This document shows, piece after piece, positions 1 to 13,370 of a stretch of DNA of 64,000 nt. How positions within the stretch are numbered: position 1 is the first letter of the stretch; every line of letters begins with the position of its first letter. The notes under the pieces are model-generated. The model saw only the letters and a program-made list of their open reading frames with translations. It was not told where the DNA came from and ran no database searches. The position numbers and the translations under genes were made by a program. This DNA comes from Octopus vulgaris (lineage: Eukaryota). Where the stretch lies: NCBI GenBank assembly GCA_951406725.2, contig OX597816.1, positions 57,102,001-57,166,000 on the forward strand, written 5' to 3'.

Positions 1-27
1 TATAAACACACGCACAGACACATATAT

Positions 28-290
28 TCTTTTATTTGGTTCAGTCATTTGACTGCGACCATGCTGGAGCACTGCCTTTAGTCGAATGAATCAACCCCAT
101 GACTTATTATCTGTATGCCTAGTACTTATACTATCAATCTCTTTTGCCGAACCGCTAGGTAACGGTGACGTAAACACACCAACATCGGTTGTCAAGCGAG
201 GGAGCGGGGACAAACACAGACACACAAATATATATGTGTGTGTATGTGTGTGTGTATGTTGTGTGTGTGTGTGTGTGTATATATGTATGT

Positions 291-357
<67 letters not shown>

Positions 358-582
358 GTATGTATGTATATCTATACTAGTATTATAAGCCGATTTCATT
401 CGGGTGTACTCGGACCACATTTTAAAGATGAGGAATTTTGCCCTAGAGGCCACGCATTTCAATTGAGCAAAGTTCCCCACCAATTTTAACAAAGGTGTGC
501 AAATTTTCATGTCAATCCGACCACATTTACTAACACTTTTGCCTGCACAACTGTTTGTGAAGCAACGTCTGCCCTTTTCACA

Positions 583-650
<68 letters not shown>

Positions 651-690
651 CAACGGGCTTCTTTCAGTCCGTCTACCAAATCCACTCACA
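28..690 (-). mobile_element. Abundant tRNA-derived SINE (family 1) with internal (CA)n/(TA)n tract, 5' truncated
   Basis: Reverse complement matches the full copy at 24445-24846 (gtgagtggatttggtagacggaaactgaaagaagcccg ... gtgctccagcatggtcgcagtcaaatgactgaa); extra sequence sits in its microsatellite. Confidence 0.8.
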
Positions 691-691
691 A

Positions 692-1030
692 AGGAGGGGA
701 GGAGGATAGAGGAGAATGATGGGAGGAGGGGAGGAGGATAGAGGAGAATGATGGGAGGAAGAGGAGGAGGGGAGGGGGAGGAGAGAAGGATAGAGGAGGT
801 TATAGGGGGAGGGGAGAATAGAGGAGGAGGGGAGGAGGAGGAGAGAAGGATAGAGGAGGAGGTTATAGGGGGAGGGGAGGATAGAGGAGGAGGAGGGGAG
901 GAGGAGGATGGGAGGAGGAGGAGGAGGATGGGAGGAGGAGGAAGAGGATGGGAGGAGGAGGAGGATAGGAGGAGGAAGATAAGAGGATGGAGGAGGAGGA
1001 TGGGAGGAGGAGGATAGGAGGAGGAGGAGG
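692..1030. repeat. (GGA)n purine-rich low-complexity tract
   Basis: Degenerate ggagga/ggatag repeats; explains the Pro/Ser/Gly ORFs. Confidence 0.9.
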
Positions 1031-1898
1031 ACATGAAATGAGTGTAGATGTGAATGAGCGAATGCGTATGAAAATGTGAAAGAGAGTTTGTCGTTTACCA
1101 AAATGTGCGGAAGTGAACAAATCAATGATTAAAAAATGTAAATGATGGGGGAGAAAGTATGATGAAAAGAGTAGCAACGATAATAGGAGAAAGAGAGAGA
1201 GAGGAGGAGGGAGGGAGTAAATGAGCTGTAGTGATTATGAGGGCAACTTCGTTTGTGTTTATAAAAGTGAGTTTGGGAGAATATTTTTGAGTGAATGCGG
1301 GAATAAGCGAACGTAGAAATGAGTGAGTGTCGGCTATAGAATGAACGCTAGTGCAATCGAAAGGTGGAGAAAAAAAATATAGAATAACAATGGCAAATAG
1401 ATTCCAATTAAATCTCACTTGGTTATCTGTCTGGCAGTAAGTAAAAACCAAATCATAAACTCTATATTTCTAGCATCTAACACCCACCAGAATTTCAAAT
1501 CTGGCCTCGAAGCTTCACCATTCCAGTCTCGCAGCAACCACTCCTTTTTTTGTTAGATCCGATAACATTTAACGTGTTTCGCACATTTTCCTGTTCCGCT
1601 TCAAGAATCGGATCGAGTTTGGAAAAAAAAACAAAATTCAAATAAAACTAGAAGTATTCTGTTACAAATTGGCATTTAAAGTGATTTATTTGTTTTGTTG
1701 CACCGCTTTTGCTTTAAAAGTAAACCATCCGGTCTATCTTGGTTCCTTATTAAAAATCCAATTTATAATAAATATCAATTTCTTATAATAGGCTGCGTCT
1801 ACAATGACCATAATAACAATAATAATAATGATGATGATTTCATTTATCTTCCACATAGGCGATAATAATAATGATAATAATGATGATAATAATAATAA

Positions 1899-1976
<78 letters not shown>

Positions 1977-1984
1977 GACAAAGA

Positions 1985-2790
1985 AAAATCCCAGCAATGG
2001 TTGAGAAGCTCAGGACTCAAAGCAGAAACAGAGGGATTTTTAATTGCAGCACAAGACCAAAGCCTCCCCACCAGAAATTACCAAAAACATGTAATGAAAA
2101 GAAATATTACAAGTAACTGCAGAATATGTGGAGATGGACAAGAAACAATAAATCATATTATCTCTAGCTGCCCAGTCCTGGCTAAGAAGGAATATATTCA
2201 CAGACATGACAGAGTTGGAACTTACATACATTGGAAGCTATGCCAACATTATGGAATAACAACAGAAAAAGATGGTATAGGCACACACCAGAAAAGGTCA
2301 CAGAAAACGAGAAAGCAACCATACTCTGGGATATGCCGATACACACAGATAGAGAAATTAAGGCCAACAGACCAGATATAGTTGTCAGAGACCATGAAGA
2401 AAAAAATGCTTTCTAATTGATGTATCAGTACCGGCAGATGACAACGTGTCTCTAAAAGAAATGGAGAAACTCTCAAAATACAAAGACCTGGAAATAGAGG
2501 TAACTAGAATGTGGAATCTGAAAACAGAAACAATTCCTATCATAGTAGGTGCATTAGGCATGATAAAAAAATATTCAGACAAATACATAACAAAAACACC
2601 AGGACTTACAAACACATATAACATACAGAAAATTGCACTACTAGGCACTGCACACATCCTACGCAGAACACTTTCCATACAATAACCATCAGAGCATCAC
2701 AACAAATCACAGCACATACCCAAGGCACACAGAGCTGCGCTCGGTAGTGAAGTGAAAGCACGCTAAAAAAATAAAAATAAAACTACTGAA
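1985..2790 (+). mobile_element. R4/Dong-like RLE non-LTR retrotransposon 3' fragment (pseudogene) inserted in (TAA)n
   Basis: CCHC knuckle CRICGDGQETINHIISSC...HRHD and RLE motif RPDIVV..LIDVSVPAD..KEMEKLSKY, split by frameshifts; 3' UTR ends in (TAA)n and (TAA)n lies upstream. Confidence 0.9.
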
Positions 2791-2809
2791 TAATAATAAT
2801 AGTGACTAG

Positions 2810-3230
2810 CAAAATCCCTCGGATTTTCCCAATCCAAACAGATCAGGTGCTAGAGCATAACAGACCGGACCTAATGCTAGGGGAAAAAAGTGCACCACAT
2901 GTGCTATATAGTTGATGTTGCATGTCTCTTTGACCTACGAATAGTCAAGAAGGAAGGCGAAAAATTAGATAAATACAATCCTCTTAAGTACGAAATAGCC
3001 CGGCAATGGAAAATGAAGAAGGTGAAGATGGTGCCACTTAATGTTATGTCCTTGGAGACAATATCAGAAGGTATCAAGAGGTATATAAAGGAAAATAGAA
3101 TGAGCGCCCAGTAGAACTGTTACAAAAGTTTTGCCTCCTTAGCACGGCCAGAATAATCAGGAAAGTATGAGATAGCTGAAAAGAATGGATAGCATGGTAC
3201 CGTAGGCTGCAGGTAGTAAGTCTGCTACGC
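2810..3230 (+). mobile_element. Second R4/Dong-like RLE fragment
   Basis: HNRPDL..CYIVDVACLFD..KEGEKLDKY, a degenerate RLE domain. Confidence 0.75.
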
Positions 3231-4081
3231 ATGCAAGACTACAGGAGCTCCAATGGACAATTTCAAAGAAATGATGAAGGTAAGACAGACACAGAAAAAA
3301 GTTGGCTCTGGATGACTAAAAGTGATTTAAAACAGAAAACGGAGGCTCTAATATGTGCTGCCCAAGAGCAAGCATTAAGAACCAATTACATCAAATATAA
3401 AATAGACATCACATCAGAAAATGATAAGTGCAGAATTTGTGAAAAAGATAGTGAACCCGTATGGTATATTACCAGTCAATATATGCCACTAACCCAGAAA
3501 GAATATAAGAGACGTCATGGCAATATAGCAAGGATTGTCCATTGGACACTTTGCAACAAGTATGGACTTGACAGAGCAAAACAGCGGTAGGAACATAAAC
3601 CTGAAGGCATCATCGAAAATGATAATGCAAAGATCGTATGGGATTTTATGATTCAGTGCGACCATGAGATAGAGAATAGGAAGACAGACATAGTCTTAAT
3701 TGAAAAAGAAAGCAAACAATCCTGGATCATAGATATAACATGCCCAGCTGACAACATGGTATGCGATAAAGAAGAAAGAAAAGTTGACAGATATGACAGG
3801 TTAGCTTGGGAAGTTAAGCAGTTGTGGTCGATGAAAAAGGTAGCAGTAGTACCAAAAATTGTCGGGGCCCTGGGAACAGTGAGAAAAAATCTCGAGAAGT
3901 ACGTGGAACAAATAAGGGCTGCAATAACGGTGGAGCACTTGCAGAAAACAGCACTGTTTGGAACCGTTCAAATACTCCGGAAGGTGCTCGAAAAATAAGG
4001 GGTGTTACCTTAGTTCACTGGTAGTAAACAATTGACACTGTAGTACATTTCCAGTGTTAGTAGCTGTACAAAGGCAATAAT

Positions 4082-4085
<4 letters not shown>
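3231..4085 (+). mobile_element. Third R4/Dong-like 3' fragment
   Basis: TEALICAAQEQALRTN, CRICEK..., WDFMIQCDHEIENRKTDIV, IIDITCPAD, VGALG; in-frame stop; ends in (TAA)n. Confidence 0.88.
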
Positions 4086-4140
<55 letters not shown>

Positions 4141-4146
4141 TAATAA

Positions 4147-4177
<31 letters not shown>

Positions 4178-4184
4178 AATAACC

Positions 4185-4698
4185 TAACCTGACTAGAAGT
4201 GCTTTCATGTACATTGTTTTGTCTTGGTATAAAAGATAGGCCACAGCAAATACTCTGCTCAATAACACAAATTTACTTGTCAGTTGCTTGACATTAACCA
4301 GTTGAGCATGTCCCTTGGTGGTTGATGATATGTGCGTCTCTGATCACGAGCAGAAGTAATGGGTGGGGATATCATGGCTATGTGTTGAGGGGAATTCTTT
4401 GGAGTTTGGATAATTCACCTCTGAAGACATGGTTGTTTCGTTCAACATCCTTAAACAACCCATATTCAGGGACCTTTTGAGCAGGATGGGCTACTCAACC
4501 TGAAGAAAATGCTAACTGGTCCCCACCTGTTAGGTCGTGCGCTATTTCTTTTGATATGAGATCATTATGTTGTGCGCATATGATAGCGACGCATGAACCT
4601 GGTATATCCTTATCAAAAGGGTAGTCATGATGGGTAAACTGGGCTTCGTATATTTTACCCCAATGTCACTTTGATGGCATGTACTGCTCTCGCACTCA

Positions 4699-4700
<2 letters not shown>
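4185..4700 (+). mobile_element. (TAA)n-embedded non-coding interspersed repeat (probably R4/Dong-related 3' UTR or non-autonomous partner)
   Basis: Flanked by (TAA)n on both sides; homologous copies at 54078-54428 (-) and 63813-63930 (+), also next to (TAA)n. Confidence 0.6.
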
Positions 4701-4780
<80 letters not shown>

Positions 4781-5394
4781 TTTCATTTATTTGCCACAAG
4801 GGCGAAGGATGAGGGGAACAATACAGAGGCAGACATAAAGTGTTGGGGTTTACATATAATAATGTTTCCTTCTAACTGAAACCCCTTTCTTGAAAAGCCA
4901 GAATTCTCTTTACTTTCTCAGGGTTCCGTTCTGTCTAACAGTGTTTGGTTAATATCCTGATAATGAAGTCTGTCTTTCACCATGCTACAAAAGAAAAGAA
5001 AAAAACAATATTAAAGTTTAGGAAGAAAACGGATTTTTTTCTTCTCTTTTTCGTTTGTTCTGTTTAAGTTTCCAACTCAACATCTGTGCCTTAAGCTAGG
5101 CAATGTTTTTAAGTCGTTCTTTTATAGAGCTATTTTAGGAAACTGGTAAACGGATCCTTAACATGCTGTTTCTTCTTCATGGGGTTGAAGGCCACGTGGT
5201 CAGATTTATCGCTGCTAAATTGGATGGCACGGTGTGGAGCGAGCTTCTGTCTAAATAACGATATGTGTGTGGTGCGTGTGTACGTACGTATGCGTGTATG
5301 TACGTTTATACATACACGCAAACATGTATATACCATATATATATATATACATATACTATATGTGTGTATATGGGTATACATATGTATGTATATG

Positions 5395-5518
<124 letters not shown>

Positions 5519-5734
5519 CATGTATATATTACGATATACGTAATATATACATGTATATATTTTCTTAGAAGTGTTGAGGTGTATTGAAATACAGATATGG
5601 AAATATTTTTACTCTCAAACGCAGAATAATAACGCTGAATTGCATAAATAGGAGAGAACATCTTTATATGGCCGCTAACAAATTTTTCTGCAATATAAGG
5701 ATATATATGTGTGGTGGGGTGTATGTATGTATGT

Positions 5735-5950
5735 ATGTGTATACGTTTGTGTGTCTGTGTTTGTCCCCACCACCGTTACTTGACATCCGATGCTGGCGTG
5801 TTTACGTCCCCGTAATTTAGCGGTTTGGCAAAAGACACCGATAGAATAAGTACTATTGCTTACAAAGAATAAATCCTGGGGTCGATTTGCTCGACTAAAA
5901 GCAGTGCTCCAGCATGGTCGCAGTCAAATGACTGAGACAAGTAAAAATAA
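5735..5950 (+). mobile_element. SINE family 1, 3' half
   Basis: gtttacgtccccgtaatttagcggttt...ggggtcgatttgctcgactaaa...ctccagcatggtcgcagtc. Confidence 0.8.
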
Positions 5951-6104
5951 ATTTTTTAATGTATATATGTCTCTGCATGTGTATGCCTGAGTGTATTACA
6001 TATATGTTTGTGTGTAGTACACTCACACATAGATGTATGCATATGTGTACCATAAGTCATTTTGTCCCGCGCCCTCTTTCTCTTTCTCCCCTCTCTCTCT
6101 CCCT

Positions 6105-6147
<43 letters not shown>

Positions 6148-8467
6148 ACAGCGCAACCTCGAGATTTAAGTATTTAGATTTGTCTTTTAAACCTTACAAT
6201 AGCATCTACTTCTATCACTGCACATGACATTCACATCAGAAATGAACGTCTGATTCGTATTTATATATTTATGTGTACAGACCTTTCCTTCCACTTCAAA
6301 CTCCAAACCGAGTTACTCACACCAATTTGGTAAAATTTTACACTTAATCCACCTCCAGAATCGAGTTTTTGCCTTTTTAATTTAATCGTAAATGTTTTGT
6401 TAGGGGAGAAAGGGTAACATAGCCGATTCATTTTTGGGGGGTCCGTGACGTTGGTTGGAGAATGAGAAAAAATTATCTTCAGACTAAAGAAGACCTGGCA
6501 TAAAGTACAGTGGAGTGGACTCCATTAGAAGCATCAATGGGTCACGTGGTGGTGGTGGTGTTAAACAGAGCAATAAGTTTACAATGAATGATCGATGTGG
6601 TATTGATCAGAGCGACAAATTTAGTCTACCAACCAAGAACTATTTGGTGGTATACACCAGGGCAACGCATTGAATCTACCGCTCTAGGCATCATCATGGA
6701 GTGTATTGTGTCAGGGCCATTAAGGGCTATTGATATGTTGTATTCGTAAGAATTTACACTAAAAGCCTGTGATGCACCATTCTGCAACAGACGCCTCTCA
6801 GTTTCAACTGATTAGGCAGGAGTAGCGAAAAATGGAAATAACGTGCCGCCTTATCTGGGATTCAAACCCTACCGTTAGGATCGTAAGTCCAACCAGCCTT
6901 TCTAGACTACACGCCTTTACACCATTCTAGGGGTCTGTGTTAAAATACCCAAAACCGGTTGACAGCGAGATACATTTAAATCTACCACCCAGTTTTCTAC
7001 GACTACATTATCGAATGTGACGGAGATGTGCTTTCCAAACAAGTGTTTTCATCTCAGACTGTATGTTGGAACTAAAACGATTGCAGCGATGAAGACAGAA
7101 GTTTGCCATTCAGCAACATACAAAGATCGTTAACTTCACTTCAACGTTTACATTTTATTATATTCTTTCTGTTATGGACGCAAAGCCTGAAATTAAGGGG
7201 ACGAGGGCTAATCAAGTACATCGATTCCAGTGTTTGACGGGGACTTATTTTATTGAGCCCCACCCCCGAAAAGATGAAAGGCAAAAACAACCTAGGCAGT
7301 AATTTGTACTCAGAACGTGTTGTAATCTTTATGTCGGCCTGTTATAACGCCTACTCCGGTACAGCTGTATAGTTAGTCAAGTAAAGACCGCGACAATCTA
7401 TGACCGTCGACTTAGTACTCTCTCTTTATACTGACACTGAATGACAGTATTTATAACGACCCTCACATACCACTTGTCATGTAGAAGGGGTGTACCATTA
7501 TTATTATTATTATCTCCAAAACAGAACATAAAGATGGACAAAATACAGCTAAGTATTTTGTCCGACGTGCTAACGATTCTGCAAGCTCGCTGCCTTTTTT
7601 TCGTTTGTAATATGGTGTCAAAATTTTCTTCTCTCGAAACTGCCACTTCGCCACTGACAAACGTGTGCTGCATGAATGTTTGACTGCTATTTTTAACGGG
7701 TCACATTACCTATTATAAACTTGCCCTTTTGTTATTGAGGGTTTAGTTTGATTTTGTATATTTATTAGTAGTTTTATGGGTGTTTGGTGTTATTTCTTAC
7801 AATGTTTGTGTTCTTCTCGGGATGGTCAAAACTCGATATTCTTTTACAGCCGAAAGAAAATCCGCGACAATTAAAAGCTTCCCATCTAAATAAAACAACA
7901 TTAAATAAATTAACAGGAACTCGTCGAGGAATATAGACCATTTCTTGATATTCTAAACTCTAAACGAAAGCATTATGGCTTTTTAAAACTCTTTCGAATA
8001 AACATTTTAAAAAAACAACATGGAAGCCAAGTTTATTACAGTGACATCTGTTTAAGTGGAACCAGTCTAAATAGAGGCACCCACACTGGGATACTGATAT
8101 AACGAAAGAGCAACGATGGAATTTCGGTGAAATACGGTTATCATGGCTGACAGAGATATCTTTGAGTCAAAGAAAGTAGATTGATTCCCATCTCGTAACC
8201 ATCTTGATTTTATTTCCTTAAAATTCGTAAATCATTTTACTTTAGTTAGTTGTTTCGGTCATTACACTGAGGCCATGCTGGGGCACCACCATAAAGAATT
8301 TAGTCGATAAAATTGACCTCAATCTCGGAATTATTCCTTAATCTCTCGATCTCCTTTTTGCCGAACCGCTAGGTATGTGACGAAAGCAATCCAACACCGG
8401 TTATCGAGCGATGAAAAACAAACGCGCGCACACATGCATACATATAACATCTATCTATCTATCTATC

Positions 8468-8525
<58 letters not shown>

Positions 8526-8530
<5 letters not shown>

Positions 8531-8700
8531 TAATCCAAACATGAAAACACAAAGTGAAAACACAACAACGCGAGGACGTGGAAAAAATATAGTATTATTG
8601 GACGCTCAGGAAGGAAGGGAAGAAGGAGGGTTTAACGTTTCGGGCGGAACTCTTCGTCAGAAACATAGGAAAAGGAAAGATCCAGAGAAGGGAAGACGGC
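8526..8700 (-). mobile_element. Penelope-like pLTR fragment, family A, with decayed hammerhead (8630-8664)
   Basis: Near-identical to 38074-38275 and 39353-39567; abuts (TA)n; minus strand reads gttt CTGACGA a gagttccgccc GAAA cg TT aaac. Confidence 0.7.
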
Positions 8701-10420
8701 ATCATCAGCATATAGCATCTCCTTGGTCAGGACGCTTCTGATTTTGGTCTTGGCACGCAGACGCGAGAGATTGAACAGTTTCCCGTCACTTCTACTGTGC
8801 AGAAACACTCCATCATCTGATGTCTCAAAGGCATGTGACAGCAGCAGCGAGAAGATGCCAAATAATGTAGGAGCAAGGACACAACCTTGTTTTTCCCCGT
8901 TTTTTATTTGGAAGGCGGCTGATGTTGAACCATTGTGCTGTATGGTGCTTTGCATATCATCATGGAAAGAATTGATGATCCTCAGCAGTTTTGGTGGACA
9001 TCCGATTTTTTGGAGCAGGATGAATAGGCCTTTTCTACTTACCAAGTCAAAGGCCTTTGTCCGATCAATGAAGGCCATATATAATGGCATTTTCTGCTCT
9101 CTGGACTTCTCCTGAAGTTAGCGTATGGAGAATATAATGTCAATAGTTGATCTGCTTCTTCTAAAGCCACACTGCGATTCTGGATAAATTCGAAAAGCAA
9201 GCAGTTGTAGCCTGGTTAGGATAACGCGAGCAAAGGTCTTTCAAAAAGCGCTTAGAAGAGATATTCCACGGTAATTGTTACAATCACTACGTTCACCTTT
9301 ATTTTTGTAAAGCGTAATGATGTTAGCATCCCGCATATCCTGAGGGACTGTACCCTCTTCCCAGCACTGACACAGAAGCTCATGAAGGTGCCGAAGCAGG
9401 ATGGTGTTTTTGCTGGTTTTGATTATCTCTAAGGGGATGCCGTCTTTTCCCGGAGCCCTGTTACTTGCTAGGGAGTCAATAACCTTGGTGAGCTCTGCTA
9501 TAGATTGTCAAGTTCGCACTGTCAAGTTCGCACATGACTGACAAGATCTTGACACCCTCGATTGTAGCCTCCTACCGTGGTCTCCCGTGAGTAGAGATCC
9601 TGGTTGTACTCCACCCATCTATCCATTTGCTTGCTTTGGTCCTTGATGAGATCTCCAGTAGTTGATTTCAGAGGGGCTGATTTGGTTGCGAATGGACCGA
9701 GGGCCTTCTTCAAACCAGCATACATCCCACGGGTGTCGCCGCTGCCAGCAGCTGACTGGATACTCTGACAGATTTCCTGCCAATACCTATTTGCACAGCG
9801 TCTGACAGTCAGTTGGGTTTTATTTCTTGCCTTTCTGAGTTCGAGTGACTTTGTAGAAGAATCACTCTTTTATTGCATCAGAGCTGCACGTTTTGCTTCA
9901 ATAATTGTTTCCAGCTCTGAGAGCCCAGCACTGAGCCATTCTGTGTTTTGCCTTTCTCTCATGCCGAAAGTATCTATTGATGTAGTATACAAAGCTTCCC
10001 TGTTATAATTCCACCTACGTTCAGCAGATGAGGTTGGGCAGCTACTGAGGGCCACCTTGATAGAAACAGCAAAACATTTTCGCAGTGTAGGGTCCGAGGT
10101 TCTGGCAGTGTTAATGCGTGGTCGGCCCATTTTCTTGGAGTGATGGACTTTTTAGGCAGAATCTTCACCCTGCTTCTTATTAGTGAATGATCTGTGTCAC
10201 AATCCGCGCTGTGGTAACACGGGTCAGTTGAACAGATTTCAAAAAGGATCTTCGTGTAATTATGAGATCCAGCTGATGCCAGTGGTGAGATTTTGGGTGT
10301 TTCTAAGATGCCTTGTGGGATGTCTTGTTGGCAAAGAATGTGTTAGTGATGCACAGGTTATGGTATGTGCAAAATTCAAGTAGTCTCTGACCATTGTCAT
10401 TCATGTTGCCAATACCAAAA
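8700..10420 (-). mobile_element. RTE/BovB-like LINE fragment (end of APE plus RT, pseudogene)
   Basis: AFIDRTKAFDLVSR, QGCVLAPTLF, DGKLFNLSRLRAKTK, MLYADDA; MYAGLKKALGP...PLKSTTG; many frameshifts. Confidence 0.92.
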
Positions 10421-10587
10421 TACATACATATATATATGATTGATTTGTTTCAGTTCCTGTCTACGAAATCCATATATATATGTATACACACACACACACA
10501 CGCACACACACACACAAAGATAAATTTATAGATACAACTGAGTGGGCAAACAAAAATATGAGACTGTGTAGTGCGTTTTTATATTTT

Positions 10588-10895
10588 GATAAGCCTGGTA
10601 CTTATTCTATCAGTTTCTTCTTGTGAAACCAGTAAGTTATGGGGATGTAAATAAACGAACACCAGTTGTGAAGCAGTGATGAGGGATAAACACAAAGACA
10701 CACACATAGACTTACATATATACATACATATACATACAATTGATTTCTTTCAGTTTCTGTCTACAAAATCCACTGACAAGGCTTTGGTTGGTCTGAGGCT
10801 ATAGCAGAAGACACATGCCAAGTTACCACACAGTGGGACTGAACTGGGGACCATGTGTTTTGGAACCAAGTTTGTTACCACACAGCCACACCTGC
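10588..10895 (-). mobile_element. SINE family 1
   Basis: cagtgggactgaactggggaccatgtg (B-box region, reverse) and tttcagtttctgtctacaaaatccact. Confidence 0.8.
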
Positions 10896-11064
10896 ACTTA
10901 TGTATGTGTGTGTGTGAGTGTGTGTGTGTGTGTAATGGGTGTGTGTGTATGTGTGTATATATGTATGCATGTATATATGTGTATATATATGTGCACATAT
11001 TACATGTACATCTATATATATACACATCTAGACATACATGTATACATATACATGTATAATACAT

Positions 11065-11140
<76 letters not shown>

Positions 11141-11143
<3 letters not shown>

Positions 11144-11831
11144 AATAATGAGGGAGATAAATTAATATTAATTTTAATATCAATTTAAGACCAGTAGTCC
11201 AGCATACAAAAAATCTGAGAAGTCAGAGAAAATTCTAATATATGTGTATATTGGCAGGGCTAACTGCTAGGGAGTCGGCCGTATGCTAGAAATAGACCAT
11301 CAACGATCAAACTACAAGGAAATTCTCTAGAGGAAAAATACTGTGAACACCAGAACCAACTTTGGCGGGCATGACAGATGAAAATTTATATAAAAAACAG
11401 AATTAAATGCATACCTCGGTTTCAGCCTTAACAAGAGAATTACTTACGTAATTCAAATGTCCGTGCTTCTTCAGTGTATCCGTTCATTGTAATGTAAACG
11501 GTGAAACTAACCCCAGCTTTCGTGCCAGTACAGACACGTGTGTAGTTTCACTGATTACACTAGTGATAAAATTTCAAATGTCTTGGTTCTGGCGCGCTAG
11601 TAAATTTCTGGGGCAACGGGCTGCAGTAAATAATTCACTGCGGTTGGCGCTTAGTACTAGAGAACGTATTTATTTCAATATTTAAATAATGAGGGAGATA
11701 AATTAATATTAATTTTAATATCAATTTAAGACCAGTAGTCCAGCATACAAAAAATCTGAGAAAGAGAATTTCCTTGTAGTTTGATCGTTGATGGTCTATT
11801 TCTAGCATACGGCCGACTCCCTAGCAGTTAG

Positions 11832-11835
<4 letters not shown>
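11141..11835 (-). mobile_element. Penelope/retrozyme-like element: 541-bp unit, partial tandem repeat and inverted end, within (TA)n
   Basis: 81-bp direct repeat 11141-11221 = 11682-11762; 73-bp inverted repeat 11256-11328 / 11763-11835; (TA)n on both sides; internal hammerhead. Confidence 0.8.
11406..11480 (-). ncRNA. Type I hammerhead ribozyme motif
   Basis: Minus strand: gataca CTGAAGA agc...gaattac GTAA gtaattc...gct GAAA cc ga gg TA tgcatt; full core, GNRA-capped helix II extension, one mismatch in helix I. Confidence 0.7.
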
Positions 11836-11903
<68 letters not shown>

Positions 11904-12119
11904 ATATACATACAATAGAGAGATGTTTTTGTTTTACTTTTAACACGTAATACTGAAACAGTGGAGAAGATATGATATTGTTGTGGGCTCGCCCTAGGCA
12001 AGAAGTTAAAGTTTTTTTGCCCATGACACTACATGGACCTTAAGTAAGGCATGTGTAAAATTTGAATACATACATACATACATACATACATACATACATA
12101 CATACATACATACATACAT

Positions 12120-12575
12120 ACTGTTACGAACGAAAAAATTATATGCATATAATTTCTCATTCGTACGACGTGAATTAGAACACCGTTCTCTGGTTTTGCA
12201 AACGAAGACGAAAAAGATTAACTCTTTGGTCACGTGACAATTTAAAGCGTAGGCGGTTTGATTTTGGCGCACTTTTACGGTGTAGGCGAAATGTAAAAAT
12301 CACAATTGCACACGTAGCGAGTTAAGTCTGGTTGGATGACGATGTACAACGCGATGAAAGTCGATGTAAGCGGTTCTTTTTATGTAGTAGCCGGTGCCAT
12401 GCGGTCGATGCTTTGAACTGGTTGGGAAAATAGTGAACTTGGCAACGTAAAGAAGGTGTAATGGTACCGTGAATTCGGAAGGAACGAGAGTCCAGTCTAA
12501 AAATAAAGGATAGAAGATAAATCATTAGACTGGTGAATAAAAGAAGAGCTAACCGAAAGAAGTCTGAGGTAAATG
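12120..12575. promoter_or_regulatory. CpG-enriched non-repetitive segment, possible promoter or first exon
   Basis: Many CpGs relative to flanks; palindromic E-box GTCACGTGAC at 12229-12238; TTTTGGCGC (E2F-like) at 12262-12270; donor-like gag|gtaaat near 12568. Confidence 0.35.
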
Positions 12576-13141
12576 AAAGAACTCTCTAAAATCTCTCTAA
12601 AGAACTGTTTATTTATTCCATAAATGTTATTGGCCTCTTAAATTTCTTGTATTAAAACCAGAAATTAAACCGCGGAAAAACTGAGAAATAAGACAGAAAA
12701 TAAACTTAAGCGGGCCAAACTGTTAAAGAATTCAAAACATAATTTGGTAGATAATGTTATTCAGATATTCGTGTACGTAGGTTGCTGAATTGTGGGCCTC
12801 GATTCCTCGTCAGCACGACTCGGGTTTTCCGCGGTTTAATTTGGAGTTTTAACTCCTATTTCTAACGGATATGGCGCATGATTGCTCTGATGCTTGACGC
12901 TAATTTTAAGATTTTATAGCTATTTAACGTTATTCGATACCTGTTAACCGTCTGTGTTATTGTTGCTGATACTATTGATTACTTATATTTACCGTATGAA
13001 TATTCAAGTTTGAATGTTTTATTCATATATATATATATGGGGGCTTAGTTCACAGGTGAGCTAAATGGTTAGGTAAGTGCTGTAACGGATTACTGGAGTT
13101 ATAGAGCCATTGCAGATTTCCGATGCAGCGGATATATAATT

Positions 13142-13247
13142 GTTAAAAAGGACGTCAAACATTAAGGCAAGGCAATTTCTTCCTATAATAATATTGTATA
13201 TGACTTGAGATATTTGCCTTGCCTTAATGTCTGACGTCCTGTCTAAC
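13142..13247. repeat. 34-bp inverted repeat (hairpin) abutting (TA)n
   Basis: gttaaaaaggacgtcaaacattaaggcaaggcaa / ttgccttgccttaatgtctgacgtcctgtctaac. Confidence 0.85.
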
Positions 13248-13370
13248 TAATATATATATATATATATATAAGTTCAGCAAAAATTTAGATTCAAATGAAT
13301 ATGGTACTTAAGTTAGATGCACCAGAATTTTGTATGGTGTTATCCATAAAAATTTGTGGGGTGATTATAA

